Positions 37,176 through 51,850 of a stretch of DNA of 64,000 bases are shown here, piece by piece. Position 1 is the stretch's first letter, and every line of letters begins with the position of its first letter. The notes beneath the pieces were generated by a model that made no database searches, was not told the DNA's origin, and was given only the letters and a program-made list of their open reading frames with translations. The stretch spans positions 2,976,001 through 3,040,000 of the forward strand of contig JAQFVV010000003.1 of assembly GCA_028023455.1 (NCBI GenBank). The letters are read 5' to 3'. Both the position numbers and the translations under genes were made by a program. The DNA is from Epiperipatus broadwayi. Its lineage: Eukaryota > Animalia > Onychophora.

Positions 37176-40100
37176 ATATATATATATAGATGAATAGACA
37201 AGTGTATAAATATATTCAGATATGACATACAAATACATTCCTCAGTGATATACACATTCATATAATTATATTAATAGACAAAAAAAACTAAAATTTTATA
37301 ATGTATACACACATATGTTACAATAATTTAGCACAATGTTAGAGTGGCTGTTTCAAAGATAATGATTCCAGAATCTATTTTTAGCTTGGTAGCATAAATT
37401 TCTTTTAAGAAACTGCTCAGATTAAGTGAATAGAACTGTTAAATTCTGTCTACCACTAAGTTCTCAAGCACCATAATCTGAATAATTTACCATACAATTA
37501 TTTTACTTACATTAAAATAAATATTATCACAATCTAAAGATGTGATTATTGTTTTTTAAAATTCATTCATATTTGTGATTTATTATAACTATTAGAATTC
37601 CAATTTTTAGACTATATCTGAGTAGCATGAATAATCAGTAGCTGTTACTAGGGACACTAGTACTTATTTAGTATCTTTAACAGTAGCTATTGAATAATTT
37701 ATATTATCCAGATGGTGGCAGCTAATACAGTGGAAATGTGTGACAATAAATAAACACACCATATACTTATGAATCTAAAAATATATTTGTATGAATTTAT
37801 TTATATGAATATATATATAATTCCAATCTTATTAAACTTTTATATAATAAATAAAATTTACAAAGCTAAATATTTATATGTAATGTTTTGAGATTAACTC
37901 ATTACAGCTGTTTAAATATAACTGAATAACCCTCTAGTGTCAGTAAATGACAATATATTTTTAAAGTTAAAAGAGATACCTCTTTAACTTCTTCTTTCTT
38001 CATATATCAGCAAGGTTGTCGACAATACTTTGGCTTGAAAAGATGAATTTTTAATTAATCAGAAATTTAATCAAAAGCTGCTTTTAGATTTCTACTAAAA
38101 GGTTATCTACATGTTTTTACTCTTTTCCAATCACTTTTAATTAAAAACTATTTTTCAGAATTTTTAATCTACAAAGATTTTTAAAAATAGATAAAAAAAA
38201 ACATGTATACAAGCATTCTTTCAAAAATAAATCATGCTTGTTTTTAAATTCATATTCAGAATACAATATTAATTTATTTAGACCTTTTTAAATGTTTTAA
38301 TTTATAATAAAATTCTGTTTTAAATCCAGTTACTTAACCTTTTACAGTTATTATTATTCCAAGTGAATGTAGAAAAATATCTGCAGAAATTTATGCCTGT
38401 ATTTATTTCTACTTTTCTTTTACTTTATATATATGTGTGTGTGCACACTATGTTGCTGGGTGGGAGAGATGGATCGAATAATAAAAAAATATATAAAATA
38501 ATTTTCTTTTCCTCTTTAATAAAAAACAAAATTGTAAAACGTTGTTGACTTCTTATATGAAATATAACAAAATTTATTATAAATTTGATCTACTCCAGCT
38601 GCAATTTAGTATTGTATCACACCGGCCCCTCAGGCAGAGAAGCACAATATCAAAGGTACCTGTAGCCAGGCCACAGTTATTCAAGGTATAACTTGTGACC
38701 ACCTTTGCTGCTGAATTCAACCCCTGTCATTCAAGGCACTTTATTTGTTTTGAAGTAAACTCCAGGCACCAGTTAATTACAAGAAGTAACTAACATGTCC
38801 TGAATGACAACAACTAATTCAGCGCCTGATAAATCCCAACTAGCTCAATCAAAATGTAATGTAATAAACTGCTTTAATAATTATTTGCTAAGTGATGATT
38901 AGTGGTATTAGTAAAAGAATTGACCTGACAAATACTAATTGCCAAAATAATTTATTTTAAAACTTTAAATTAACATGACTCAATTTATCATCCCTTCCCT
39001 GAATAAAAGAATAATTACATATCATATATCAGACAAACATATTATAAATAAACATACAGCATTAAAAAATATTATACATGATGTGCACACATTTTATCAT
39101 AAGCTATTTGTTTGTGTAATTGGGATAATTCTACAAATATTTATTTATCACATTACTCCAGATACCTAAAAGATTGAAATGGCTACAGTAATAAATTAAT
39201 ATCACACTAGGAATGGGAATAAAGAATAATTAATATTACCTACAGGTTTTCAGATCCACATTCCTCTGGATAGATGGCTGCTTCTTTTTCCTGTGATGCA
39301 TGTTGTACCAACCAATTGGAATTTGGATTTTACAGATGAATATAGTTCCTTGCTGCATTTCAGTCTGGTAGACAAATGTTTGAATGGCTCAGGTTGTTAG
39401 ATGCTTCTTGTGGCTAATTAGAGACCTTCAGATATTCTAGGGCAGTCAGAGACTGGAGCACAGTGACATATTTTGAATTCTGATTAGCAACACATGGTTT
39501 CTTGGCATTCACAAAAAATAAGTTTTATTTGCACAGACTGGAATAACAGTGCTAAAAGAAGATGACAATCTCTTTTCAGGTCTATTTATATGTGGCCCTC
39601 TTATTGATATTATCTTTCCAAATCAGTTTGATTAAATTTCTGAATTAATTATTTTTATTAATTATGTTCCTTCCTTTTTAGATTAACCTAGATGTGGATA
39701 AGATATAACTTTTTTAATTATTCCCATTCCATTTATGCTTATCAGTCAAGCAATCTTTGAGTGTAATTTATCTTTTATATTACAAATTTTATTTTTCTGT
39801 TTTCAATTCAATATTATTCTTTATATGCATACACATATATTTTTATTTTTAATGTATTTAAAATGGACTCTTTCATTTACACCCTCATTCTGATTTCTGT
39901 ATATAATCAAATTAACTTTGACACATATATTTACATTTCTTTTAAATAAACGAAAAGAGAGCATTTTTAATTCTCATGTAAAAGATTTTTTAATTTTAAG
40001 CCTTTTTAGTTCTATCTCTCCCTCCCCCTTTAATTAAATTGCTTTTCTTTTTACCTTTTTCTAAACCTAGCAAACTTCTATGTATAACGATGCAGCTTCT

Positions 40101-41800
40101 TTTTTTCATTATCTCTCCAGCAATCTGCTCTACATTTTTACAACAAAATTAAACAAAACTTATTTTAAAACTTTTAATATTGACTTCAGACTTTCTAATA
40201 CTAATTATTTTTTCCTGTTTTCTATTTTTTGTATAAAATTTTAATCTTAAAATTTTATTATAAATATGTAATGCTGAAATAGTGGTACAATATATATATA
40301 GTAATTCCCCATATGTGACATTTGGTTTCAGGCCATGTCATGAATATCAAAATTCATGGATAATATTGAATTGTACTATAATATGAATTTTAACAACATA
40401 TAGATATAAGTAACTACACCTATGTACCTATATATATATATACACATAGTGAAAATGTGTATAACATATATATATATAGGGTTGGATGTATAAAGTAAAA
40501 CTTTTTTATTAATTTCTAATTATTTAATTCTTTATTTGCTACTTTTTCAATCATAAACAACAGAAACTGTGGATATGGTTGTGGATTCAAAAATAATACT
40601 GCCTATATGCTATATATTAATGCTATTTTACTGATACCATTATAGAATTTTAGTTTTTTATATACAGAACACATTCTTCTTGTCAATCAAGCCTGACATC
40701 ATTAACTGTTTGAGAGACCAGTTGAGATCACAATGTTCAATAAAATACTATATATGCAAAATAACTAATATATTTTATCAATTACAGCTCTCAAGAAGTT
40801 TTCTAAACTGCCAAAATAGTAATAAATAATAAAAAAAAAAACACAGTGTGATATATTTATACATATAACAATGTAAAAAAAGTAAATATTTAAAAAGACT
40901 TACTTTCCATTGAGATTCCAATCAAAACATTGCAAAAGTATAGACCTAAAATAATAATAATCATCATAATTAATAATTGCATGTTTAATCTTAGTACAGC
41001 ATGTAAGTGCACTTTAAATACAGAAAACATATAGATTGTATCAATCTATTATTTAAGATAAAATTATAATAGTTGCATAATATATTCTAAATAAATTATA
41101 AATAATCAATCAATCTAAATTTGTGAAATATTACTGAATATTTTCTACTCATATTATATATTGGCAAAGCCAATATATTTTAAAAACACAATTTTGTGTC
41201 ACTAATTACTTTCATTTGGTCACAACAGAATATTTTTGTACTTTACTTAATTTTATTATCAGCTTATATATTGTAGTCCATAAGTCAGATTAGGCTATTA
41301 TATTTTTATTTATAATAGGTTTTGTTCCAGAATGATAAATTAAATATACTAACAAAAGAAAACTAGAAATTGTTTGTAAGTAGAGCATCTCACAACATGC
41401 AAACACTGTGAAAAAACTTGAATTGATTATACAACAGTTGAATTGCATAACTTTCTTAATAAAGAGAATTAAGCACCGATCATTCTAAGTTTAACAATAC
41501 AGTACTGTTATCTAGTAGTGCTTTATTATTCATCAACTCCCCCAGAATAGTTTCTATTTTTTGCCTTTGTAAAGGTAAAGGGTAGCTGATAAATGCATGT
41601 ATACATTAGTTCCAGTTTTGAATTCTAAGTTCTTATTGATAAAGGCAAAGATAAAAATGATCTGGAGATATAAACAATATAGTACATGTAATTTTTTGGT
41701 CTACAATATAATGATTGTTCATCTTTCCACAGAGTGATGAAAATGGGTAGAAACCATCAAATAGTTGATATAGGCATAAAAATGCATGTGTTTAATACCT

Positions 41801-41846
41801 CTATGTCACCTGAAGAGTGAAGCTTGTTCACAAATTGTAGATATAG
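41801..41846 (+). ncRNA. Possible decayed hammerhead relic
   Basis: CTATGTCAC-CTGAAGA-GTGAA-GCTTG-TTCAC-AAATT-GT(A)GATATAG. Stems I and II pair, but GAAA, stem III and the triplet are damaged. Confidence 0.35.
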
Positions 41847-44800
41847 TAAGAGAAAATGGTTGCAGTTTCTGCACTAGTGAGTGATATGGTAAAATTGAGT
41901 TGAGAAAAGCATTGATAAAAATCAAAATATTTTTAAAAAACTATTATTTTGTTATTCATTAAATACAGTCTTACAATAGAAGATTATTATAAAATTGATT
42001 GAAGAGGACCTCTCCTGAAAATAGACTTTATCGACACATTTTGTTTGATCATTTTAAAAAAATTGAAAACTAAATCAACAAATATCATTAAACAAATCTC
42101 AGAAAGTTGTTATCACAAGAAACAAATGCATTTTTAAGTTTATAGACTGCTTTCATCCAAAGGTCAAGTACCAACTGAATGCAAATAGTTTAATTTATAT
42201 AATGAACAGACTATGAGTCTGGACTTTTGGAAGATCGTGTGTATATACAAAAGTGGGCTGGAATATTTACTGTAATAAGTGAGCCAAACAAATTTTAGAC
42301 CAGATTATGCTTCATTATTATTATATAAAGTATGTTAGAGAGTATGTGCATATCGGACTTTCAATACACTTTTTTTAGTTAAATTTTATTTTTAATTAAG
42401 CACACTATTTCTACATATGTCACTTTAATTCTCATATAACATGTTAGTTAGAAATATATTTAATAATAAAGAAATGATAGAAAACTATAGCCAAAAAATT
42501 TAATGTAATCTGTTTATGAGACACTCATCGTATTTAGAACATGTTTTTTTCTAATCCAGTAAAGTCAAACTCATTCAAACAATGAACCATTTAATGTGAC
42601 TAGTAAGCATATTACATAATCAGGACAAACAACAGTGATGTTTCATTCAGGATTGTTGAAATAGAGTATCCATTGCAGTGATGCAAAGAAACAACATTTT
42701 ATACATGACAAACTTGGTGGTCAAATATATGTATATTGTTTTTTTGGCAGGTTTGGTTATCAATTGTAATAAATTAAGATTATTAAAATTTTACTTGGTT
42801 GAAGATCATTTCAAATAAATATTGCCACTCTAATACCTATGTGAAATATCACTGCCAGATTAGCACAAAATACCTTTTTTTTTTCATTTTATTTTAATTT
42901 TAATATAAATGTTCATATGATAATGCTTAATAAATGCTGAAATCAGATTCTACCATCATATCCCACCCCCACTCCACAATGTATGAATAGATTGCTTGAG
43001 ATCACAATTATAAAAAGATTGAATAGCCATGAACTAAACCAACTCACATTTCTATTACAAAGAAACAATCAAAGATATCGAAAAATGCAAACAGCTTTTA
43101 TGAAATATACTAATAATTTTTATTAGTCGTTCATTAGATTAGAGATTATCCACTTAATGAATATGTTTTAATGAAATCCATCTCACTCAGGCAACTCAGG
43201 ATTTATCATATAATTAATTTATCAATGCTATTGTTTTTAAATATCTAAAAAGTTGGTACCAATTTCAATTACAGGCTTTACTTTTTAAGACAACCAAATT
43301 TTTAGGCATTAATGTGTCTATGGGTAATTATGTTAGTGTGTAAAGATTTGGATGAATTAAAGTAAAGCCTTTAAATTGGTTTTCATTGACAATGATACAC
43401 CATGCATATGTATATTCTGACCAAATAAATTCTGATAGTTATAGGTATCATAAATTTAGTTGCTTTGGAGATCATGTGGTGTTTGACTTTCCACATGTCT
43501 AGATGAAGCAATAGTTTACCCTGCATAATGTTCAATGGTAGAGTGTCAGACTTTTGAGCATAAGATCCTCAAATTCATTCCACTTCTAATACTTCCAGTG
43601 CTCAAATTCGTAAGAATTTTAACTACAAAATCAATCAATTATTAATTTCATTAAAAAGAAGCTTCATCCAATTTTACACTTGTTTTTTTTTTTTAATTTT
43701 TTTTAGTAAAGCTGAGAAAAGATTGCCACTGGGCTGCTAATTCAATGCATGATATATTTCTACAATAGTCAATATTTGCAGGGGGTTGCTTTATTTTATT
43801 AGGCGCTAGAGTAGCAGCATAAATATTTGACATCACAGAGATTGAGTATAACTGACAGTTTTGCTACATAGTCAAAACTATATATTCTCATGCTATTTTG
43901 TACATACTATGCTATGTCTGTTTAATTAATAATTGTAAGGAATATTTTATTCAACAGATATTAATAGAAGATTTTAAAAAACAAATTCTAAATAAACTTG
44001 AAAGATGATTCTGGAGGAATTAGACCATAAACAGAAAAACTAGTGAAGATGAGGAAATTGAGCAAAAGCTCAAAACTTGATTTTGGGTAACTCTAGATAC
44101 ACAATTCTGGTGTAACATTTTTTTTCATATTTTGTTTAGTTATATTAACTCAATAATTGTTATTAATAAGCAAAAGCATAGAATTAAAAACTTAGAAACT
44201 TGAAAAAATATTAAACCTAATAAATTGGTTAGAAATCTAAATCTTAGGATATATAAATCTTGGATCACTAGCTTAGAGAGCATTAAAAAAAGTAGTTGCT
44301 GAGAATGTGTGTAAACATTTATTTGTTCTCAGTATCAAACACCAATTTACAGAAATTTATCTTTTCAGCATATATGTGCTTGAGGGTATCAGTGTTATTA
44401 GATAGAGTGAAGAATGATGGATCATCTGAAAGTCTGTGCTCATATACCCTATATATTAGAAACTAGTATCTTGTAACTTTGGTTGACACTAATCATTTAC
44501 TAATTATTGATTATTCTAGTAGTGGAGTAGAATAAAGTATGTGATATTGTTTCTATAATCCACTATTAGAATAGTCAATAGTTATTATGAGAGCCATTTT
44601 ATCTTTCCCAAATGGTCAGAGATACTTATAATTAGGACATAATTACAGTCACTAAAATGAATAGTTTTTAATCTAATGTAACACCTGAACATTCAAAACA
44701 TCAGAATATTTGAATCTCAGTTTATTAGCTAAGATAGTATGAAAAGCAAATTCAATGTTATTCATTGATTAAGTGCAACAGCCAGATATTAGTCTGAGGA

Positions 44801-44949
44801 TTTGGTTGAAACTACTACTTAGTGACTATTGATTATCCAAAATTACATTTAACATAATGATTTATTGCTTTTAATGCAGACAAAAGATTTGATGAGATAA
44901 AACCTTTGCACTTTAACAATATAATCAATTTGTAAATACATGGCTACAC

Positions 44950-45260
44950 TGATAATATGTTGGGCTATTTCCATCACCTATAATTAAATGTTGACTGTCT
45001 AAAAAATTTTAAACTTTTCCAAATACAAATAACTATTAGTAATAACACACAAGTTAGTAGATGACACAAGTTAATAGACAAGGCAGGTTAATAGATTACA
45101 CAACATTTCGAATATTATTATTCTCCGCTATTCTTGGGGTATTTTTGGCCTGACCAGTAATGATGCTAGCATAGGAGTTGAACTAACACCTTTACATTTT
45201 TACTGAATTTTAGGGCATCACTCTAACCAACTGAGCTATTCTGTCAAAGGTACTACGTTA
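44950..45260 (-). mobile_element. Solo PLE pLTR (tRNA-like module + hammerhead relic + leader + ORF start)
   Basis: Collinear with 10515-10661 joined to 9480-9643. A box TAGCTCAGTTGG (45238-45227), B box AGTTCAACTCC (45184-45174), TCGAAATGTTGTGTA, ATG GAA ATA GCC CAA CAT. Confidence 0.8.
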
Positions 45261-47147
45261 CAGTTCATATTTAGTGGGGAAAAAATTCTGATTTAAACTC
45301 CAAAAATTAATTAAACTTTCAGAATTCAGAAATGAAAGAATAATTGTGATTTCAATTCCAAATCCTGGGGAAATTATATCAATTATTTCTATTAGGTAAG
45401 AGAGAGTTTTGTATATATATATTTTCACCAGAGCTGCTACATGGGTATGAGGTGCCTTTGTGCAAGATAAATTTTGGTTTCCCTGATCTCATGAACAGAG
45501 CTGACCTGAGTGCATTGCAATGGCACATGACCTCCTATTTATCAGGGCTCCAGATCTACATGATCTATCACTTTTGTGAAAATCAAAAAATAAAACATTT
45601 TATCACATGTTAAATAAAATTACATTTTTATTTTTTTGCCAAAGCTTTTAATTTATAAGTCCTACAATGACTATTATATGTAAAGTAATATAACTTTAGA
45701 AACCCTGATTGTGCAGTAATGCAAGTTTTTCAGTTATATTTTAATGTAAAATCAGCTCTTCAGTAGCATTTTTATGTATTGAGTCAGAATTTACAAAATA
45801 ATAATAACAATAAAATTATAAAGATGTTATTATGGATTCATAATAAAACATTGAAGAAAATAAAATATATATTTTTTTGCATTATAAATATGTTTTCTCA
45901 AATATTGATTCAATAAATCACAAAGTCATATTTATAATCAATAATGTCAATTTGTGCAATTTTAATATATCTATATTTGCAAGTAAGATTATTTAGTTTT
46001 TTAAATATCTAAATGCTTTTTATCATTTCTAAGAAAATCCATCCCATTCAAGAAATAAAATTACTTAATTAAAACAAAATGAATTCTATATAATTTTGTT
46101 TAACAAAACAGAATATTAAAAAATTAAAATTATTTACACTTTTACCTTTTTATTTACATAAAACTCTCCAAATTTTGGTGGCCACAATCTGATAAATAGC
46201 AATCAGTTTTACTAAGTCAATTTTAGTCAACGTTCAAGAATAACTTCAGGATCTCTCATGCATAAATTATGCTTTTTATTAAAAAGTTAGCTATTATTGT
46301 TATTTCGTTTAACTTAGTCGAGTTATATAGACGGGTATCTAGGAATTTTAAGGATTTACTTTAAAAAAAGAAATTTTCACACTTACATTGTTTATTTAAG
46401 CTATTATACCATGCTTTGGATTTTTTGTTTAATGATAAATAACAATAAATAAATAAAAACTCATCAAACAATTGATTCCACTAGAATAGATAAAGTATTT
46501 TGTTGGCATTTTTAACATTTTAATTATTTGCTGTGTATTGATACTAAACAACAAATATTTACCAAATAATCCCCATACCCATAAGTAACTTATATAATGG
46601 AATTTATTTGAATAACAAATTAATACTTATGTACATTCATCTATTATAAATTATAAGATATGTCTTATAGCTTATTTAAACTAATAATAAAATCTGTGCA
46701 GTCTGTAATTTTACCTAAATTTGCTTTGGGATCTACAGTGGCAAAATGCACCAGGAAAATCCTGTGTTCAAACCAAGCTCTTCTATATATGCTTCAAATA
46801 GTGACACTTCAAATCCCCACTACTTAATAAAAATGTGCTTTTTCTTATTTCTGCTTTTATGTTACACTCATTTTCTTCTCCTTTAGCTGGAAATTATGCA
46901 ACAATATGTAACAAATATAAATCTTTAAATAATTTATTTTCTTATAATATATATATAACAATTTCCTAATCAAGGGATTTACAAGTAAAGTTATTACGAT
47001 CAACAGAGGGCCATTAAACAATAGTATGGCATTAAAAAAAGATATTGTTAAAAATAGGAAAAGCTATTTAATAAAATGTGTAAAAATATAAAATGGCATA
47101 TTAAAAAAAAAAGTTAATATTGCTATTAAAAAACTTATGCAAGAAAA

Positions 47148-47210
47148 TAGCAGAATTGATCCCAGAACTCTACTGTCCTACGACAGATACTCTAACACGA
47201 CACTAAACTG
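47148..47210 (-). mobile_element. Possible tRNA-derived SINE head (another family)
   Basis: Minus strand TAGTGTCGTGTTAGAGTATCTGTC-GTAG-GACAG-TAGAGTTCTGGGATCAATTC has tRNA-like spacing but poor boxes. Confidence 0.3.
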
Positions 47211-47364
47211 ATTAATACAGATGAAATGTGTAAAATAGCCTTAATAAATACAATTTCATTACATACAGAATTATTATAATTATGAGACAATATTTTTAAA
47301 ATAAGTTTTAATTTTAAATAAATTATAAATAGTAATGTATTCTTTTTTATTTAAATTAGGATAT

Positions 47365-47830
47365 TTAAATAAAAGTGATTGGAAAATCTAAACATTTTTA
47401 TTTACTTATAAATTTTATTAATTTTAGTTATAAAAAGGTATAAAACTGTTCATATAGTATATTTTGAGGCTCCATCAATTGCCATATGTCTAAGTAAAGA
47501 AGTATTGCATTTATATTTAACTAAAAAAGAACATGTTTTTAACAAGAAAGTGATTGAGAAATCTAAACATTTACAAATAAGTTTTATTAATTATAGTGAT
47601 AAAATGGCATCTGACCTGTCCAATTTAATGCAAAGATAAGAGTATATAAGTAGTATTATATTTCGAGCTCAAACTTCGAAATTGGCTCAAGCAATTGTCA
47701 CAATTAGTTTAAGTAAAGAAATATTCCATATTTAAATAAAAAATATTTACACTCAGAATATATTTCTAACAATGAAGTGATTTGAAATGCAAACATTATT
47801 TACATATAAATTTTATTAATTATTTAGGCA
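47365..47830. repeat. Diverged tandem repeat, ~3 units of 175-230 bp
   Basis: AAGTGATT.GAAAT.TAAACATT...AAATTTTATTAATT restarts at ~47373, 47548 and 47775. Confidence 0.7.
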
Positions 47831-47993
47831 TCTTGGCACCCCGGTGATGAAGCACCTTGCACACCGCACATGGTGGCCCTGGATATAACTACATTTTAAC
47901 AGATGTTTTATCAATTTATTCATAAATTACAAATAATAATTCAGATGTAGATAGTAAACAATTATATTCAATACTAATAATTATATTTTCTTA

Positions 47994-48140
<147 letters not shown>

Positions 48141-48179
48141 TTATTAACAATAAAATTACACATAATGGAAGACATCTCA

Positions 48180-48284
<105 letters not shown>

Positions 48285-50099
48285 CTATAAAAGAAAGCTA
48301 TTATTACATTAGTTAATAATATTTGCAGGAAATGTTTTGTGTGCGTGTATGCTATGTTCTCTACCAAAAGCAGATAAAGTAAAGGCAAACGAATATATAA
48401 TTAAACAATAATATTGTTAGTAATCATTTGCTAATGATCGTCTGTATTCTAAATACAGCTTACTCTAATATTCAGTTTTAGACTTATATTACTGTAGGTG
48501 TATATATAGTACTAAAATGGATAGTCGATAATTTGTGTGTGTGTATATATATATAGTGTAGATTATAACAATAACTAGATATCAAAGAAAAAGAGACTTA
48601 AATTTTATGCACCAACGTTTTTCTGTAAAAGCACTTCTATTTACCTTCAATTAAATCTCAATATAAATAATTTAGAAGCATGGACTGAGAAAGAAATTAA
48701 ACCCAAAAATTTAATAAAATAATAAATTCAAATGAAATAAAAATAACAATTTTATATAAGAGGTTGGAAATTATATGATAAATATGAAATTCCATTATTA
48801 GAATTAATTAATATATTCATTGACATTATTTACTATAAATGCTGGCTTATCTTTATAATATTTAACTAAACTATTTGGAAAGTGTAATTACTTTCCAGCA
48901 GCAGATTAGTATTTAGAACAATCCATTAATTAAATAAATAACTATTACAAATCCACATCATATAAATAAATACTCAAAATAATTTAAAAATTAGATATGA
49001 TTTATATCTAAATATTAAGATAACTAATTTAAATATATCATACTTTATTAAAAATATAAATCATACATTATTAAAATAACATATTTAGATAATATTTTGA
49101 GAATCTTATGGTGTACAAATTTTCTTCTTTTTTTTTTGCTTGATTTTTCAGTCAAAATATATAATGATTTCCAAGACAAAGTTAAATGTGAGATTCACAT
49201 CTCTATAACTGACTTCAAAGTATTGTCACTTGTTTATATCTTGGTCAATTATAAATCTCAATAAATAGATTCCTGATAGAGTTAACAACTTGAGTTTTAG
49301 AAATAGGTAAACAATTGATTGGAAAATGTTTTTTTTCCTATTCTTTTAAACTGCAATACTTCTGGCCAATATATTTCTACTCTGCCACTTTTGTTATTTT
49401 TATACAACTGTTTACCATCTGAAATTCTATATTCCATTACAACATCTCACTAAAAATCATCTATTATAGTTTATGTAGATTTCGGTATGATTTTAATCTT
49501 TTGTTTTACAACAAATATTTTGAAAACTGGAAAAATGTGTTTTTACATATATATTTAATATTAATTACTATATAAATTAGAAAATACAAATTTTGATTTA
49601 TTTACATGAGGAAAAAATCTTTCTTTTAAACATATATTTGTTATTTATATAATTAAAATTCAGAAATGTAGGATTCAATTAATTTTAAAAAAAATTTACA
49701 AAAAGTTTATTAATAGCATAACTCATGTAAGATGAGATCAAAATGTCTCATATCTTTTTCTTAAGGAAAAAAATGATAGATATTTTATTTTCTTTGTTAA
49801 ATTTTTCAAAATTATTAAATTTTTATAACATTATTCTCCCTACTAAACTAGTAATATAACATATTTTTTTGATTTTTCCTTAATATGTAATATTATTAGT
49901 GTATCATGAAATACCTGCTTCATCAACTTCAGATGTTGAAGTGACATCTATCCAATCAAAAAGTATAATTTCTTATAGAAAAAAAACTTTGAGATTTACA
50001 ATCTGATAAGCTGGGATGTTTTCCTTTTTTCTAAAACTTTTTAATCACCTCAAAAATAAACACTGTACTTTCATTATAAAGCTAGAAATGAAATTTCTA

Positions 50100-51850
50100 A
50101 TACTTCTTCATCTAATATCAAAATCTCTTCATAATATAGGACTAGGAATTAAATGCTTGCTATATTTTATATAAATTCTTTCAAACATTATAATAGACAA
50201 AGGATTAAATATATATGCACAAACGTACATTCTTAAGAAAGTAAAACAAAATATTTCCATGACTAGGATTCTATTTCATCATCTAAATTCTTCAAACTGA
50301 ACATATTTGTATCACATGTACCATCAACATATTTAAATTAAATTTATTCAGAACGCACACAACAAATGATCTATCCTATTATCCAACAAATAACTTCAAA
50401 AGTATGTATCTGATCAATTAGCCATCCTGTTATATATAGCATAATCAATAAAAATATTTTCTACTTGAAAATTTATGATAAGACAGTAAGTCTTTACAAA
50501 CATTATATTTCAACTTCATGTTCCATTGTTCTAATTCATGGTCAATTTCCAAATAATTTACTTTCAGAAACAAGCATTATATAAATTATGCCTCATCTTA
50601 AATTTAAACCTAATCCTGCTGGTGTGTAATGATCAAACTACAAACTGATTAGCCCCTATATAGCTGATTTGACAGCTATTAAATATTCTAATTTCACATT
50701 TTCAAAGTTTTAGAATTCCTCCTAATCCCTTCATATAAGCAACCTTGTATTCTTCTCCCAACTAAAATAAATTTGTATATGGTCCCATAAAAGTTTTCAA
50801 GTGCCTTAATGTTAACATCTAGCTTTGGTTTTTTAATCTTGGTAATCATTTTAGATTCACTGATAACTTTTGATTCTTCAACAGTTTTCCCATCAGATTT
50901 ATCCTTTACTATAACATTGACATCACTTTTGAATTCTATTATAATTTTGACATTACTTTTTTTTTTTACATTATTTACATGTAATTTATATTCATCATAG
51001 CATCAAATTTACATTCTTGGATACTATTTGTCTATAGTGTCTCCATCAATTTTTAAATTTTCTTCTATCAACACTTTCAGTGTTTATTTTAATTTCCCAC
51101 AATTTCTCCACATATTTTACAATAAACTTCAGTTTCTACAACTTTTTTTAGGTTTATTCATAATATCCACATTAGTTTTATAATGTCACATTATATTTAG
51201 TAAATTCCTTTAATTTTTCAATTAACTTTCCTTATTCTTCCACCTGGATTTCTTTATTTCCTCAACACATTTTCTTAAAGTTCTCATTTTCTTAATATAT
51301 TTTTCTTTACTATTTAAAAATTCCTCAATACACTATTTTTTTATTATTGTATGTTTTTTTCTACGATGCCTCTATTAGTATGATCTTTAATCTTCCTATC
51401 AATTTTGGAATCTATAATGTTTTTTTTTTGTTCTTTCTTCAGAATCTTTCTCAATTTTTACTTCTTATTCCCTAGCTTTTTCCCCTCCCCCTTATAATAT
51501 TTTTCTCCTTTTTTGTCTATTTTTTGCTTTGTATTACTCCTCTTATTTCTTGTGTTTTTCTCTTTTTCTTCTTTTTCTTCCTTACTTCATACATTCTTCC
51601 TATATTTCTTATTCCTTCTTTCCCACTCTTTCTAACATTTTTTCCTTATTAACCTTACATGCCTTTTTTTTTCATCAAAATATTATTTTCTCTCCTAGGC
51701 CACGTTTTTGATCATTTCTTTCCTCTCTTGATAGTTTTCTATTTTCTTAAACATTTTATTCATACATTTAATGAGTGCAACTATATGCTCATTAAAATGA
51801 TTAGCAAGATGTTCATTAGTATTGCTGTCTGTTTTAACAGTATTCAACTT
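50100..51850 (-). mobile_element. Decayed LINE fragment (APE-RT linker and RT N-terminal half)
   Basis: Pyrimidine-rich plus strand. Minus-strand remnants resemble GK.xG.DG, YRxIS and GEEQxGF segments of the other LINE copies. Confidence 0.55.

Noticed and set aside
38600-38850. GC-richer island with a possible micro-exon (AG...GT)
   Set aside because: All frames are short or stop-rich, with no recognisable homology.
39230-39600. Possible pogo/Tigger relic (AAIYPEE on the minus strand)
   Set aside because: Only one short motif resembles the family; insufficient support.
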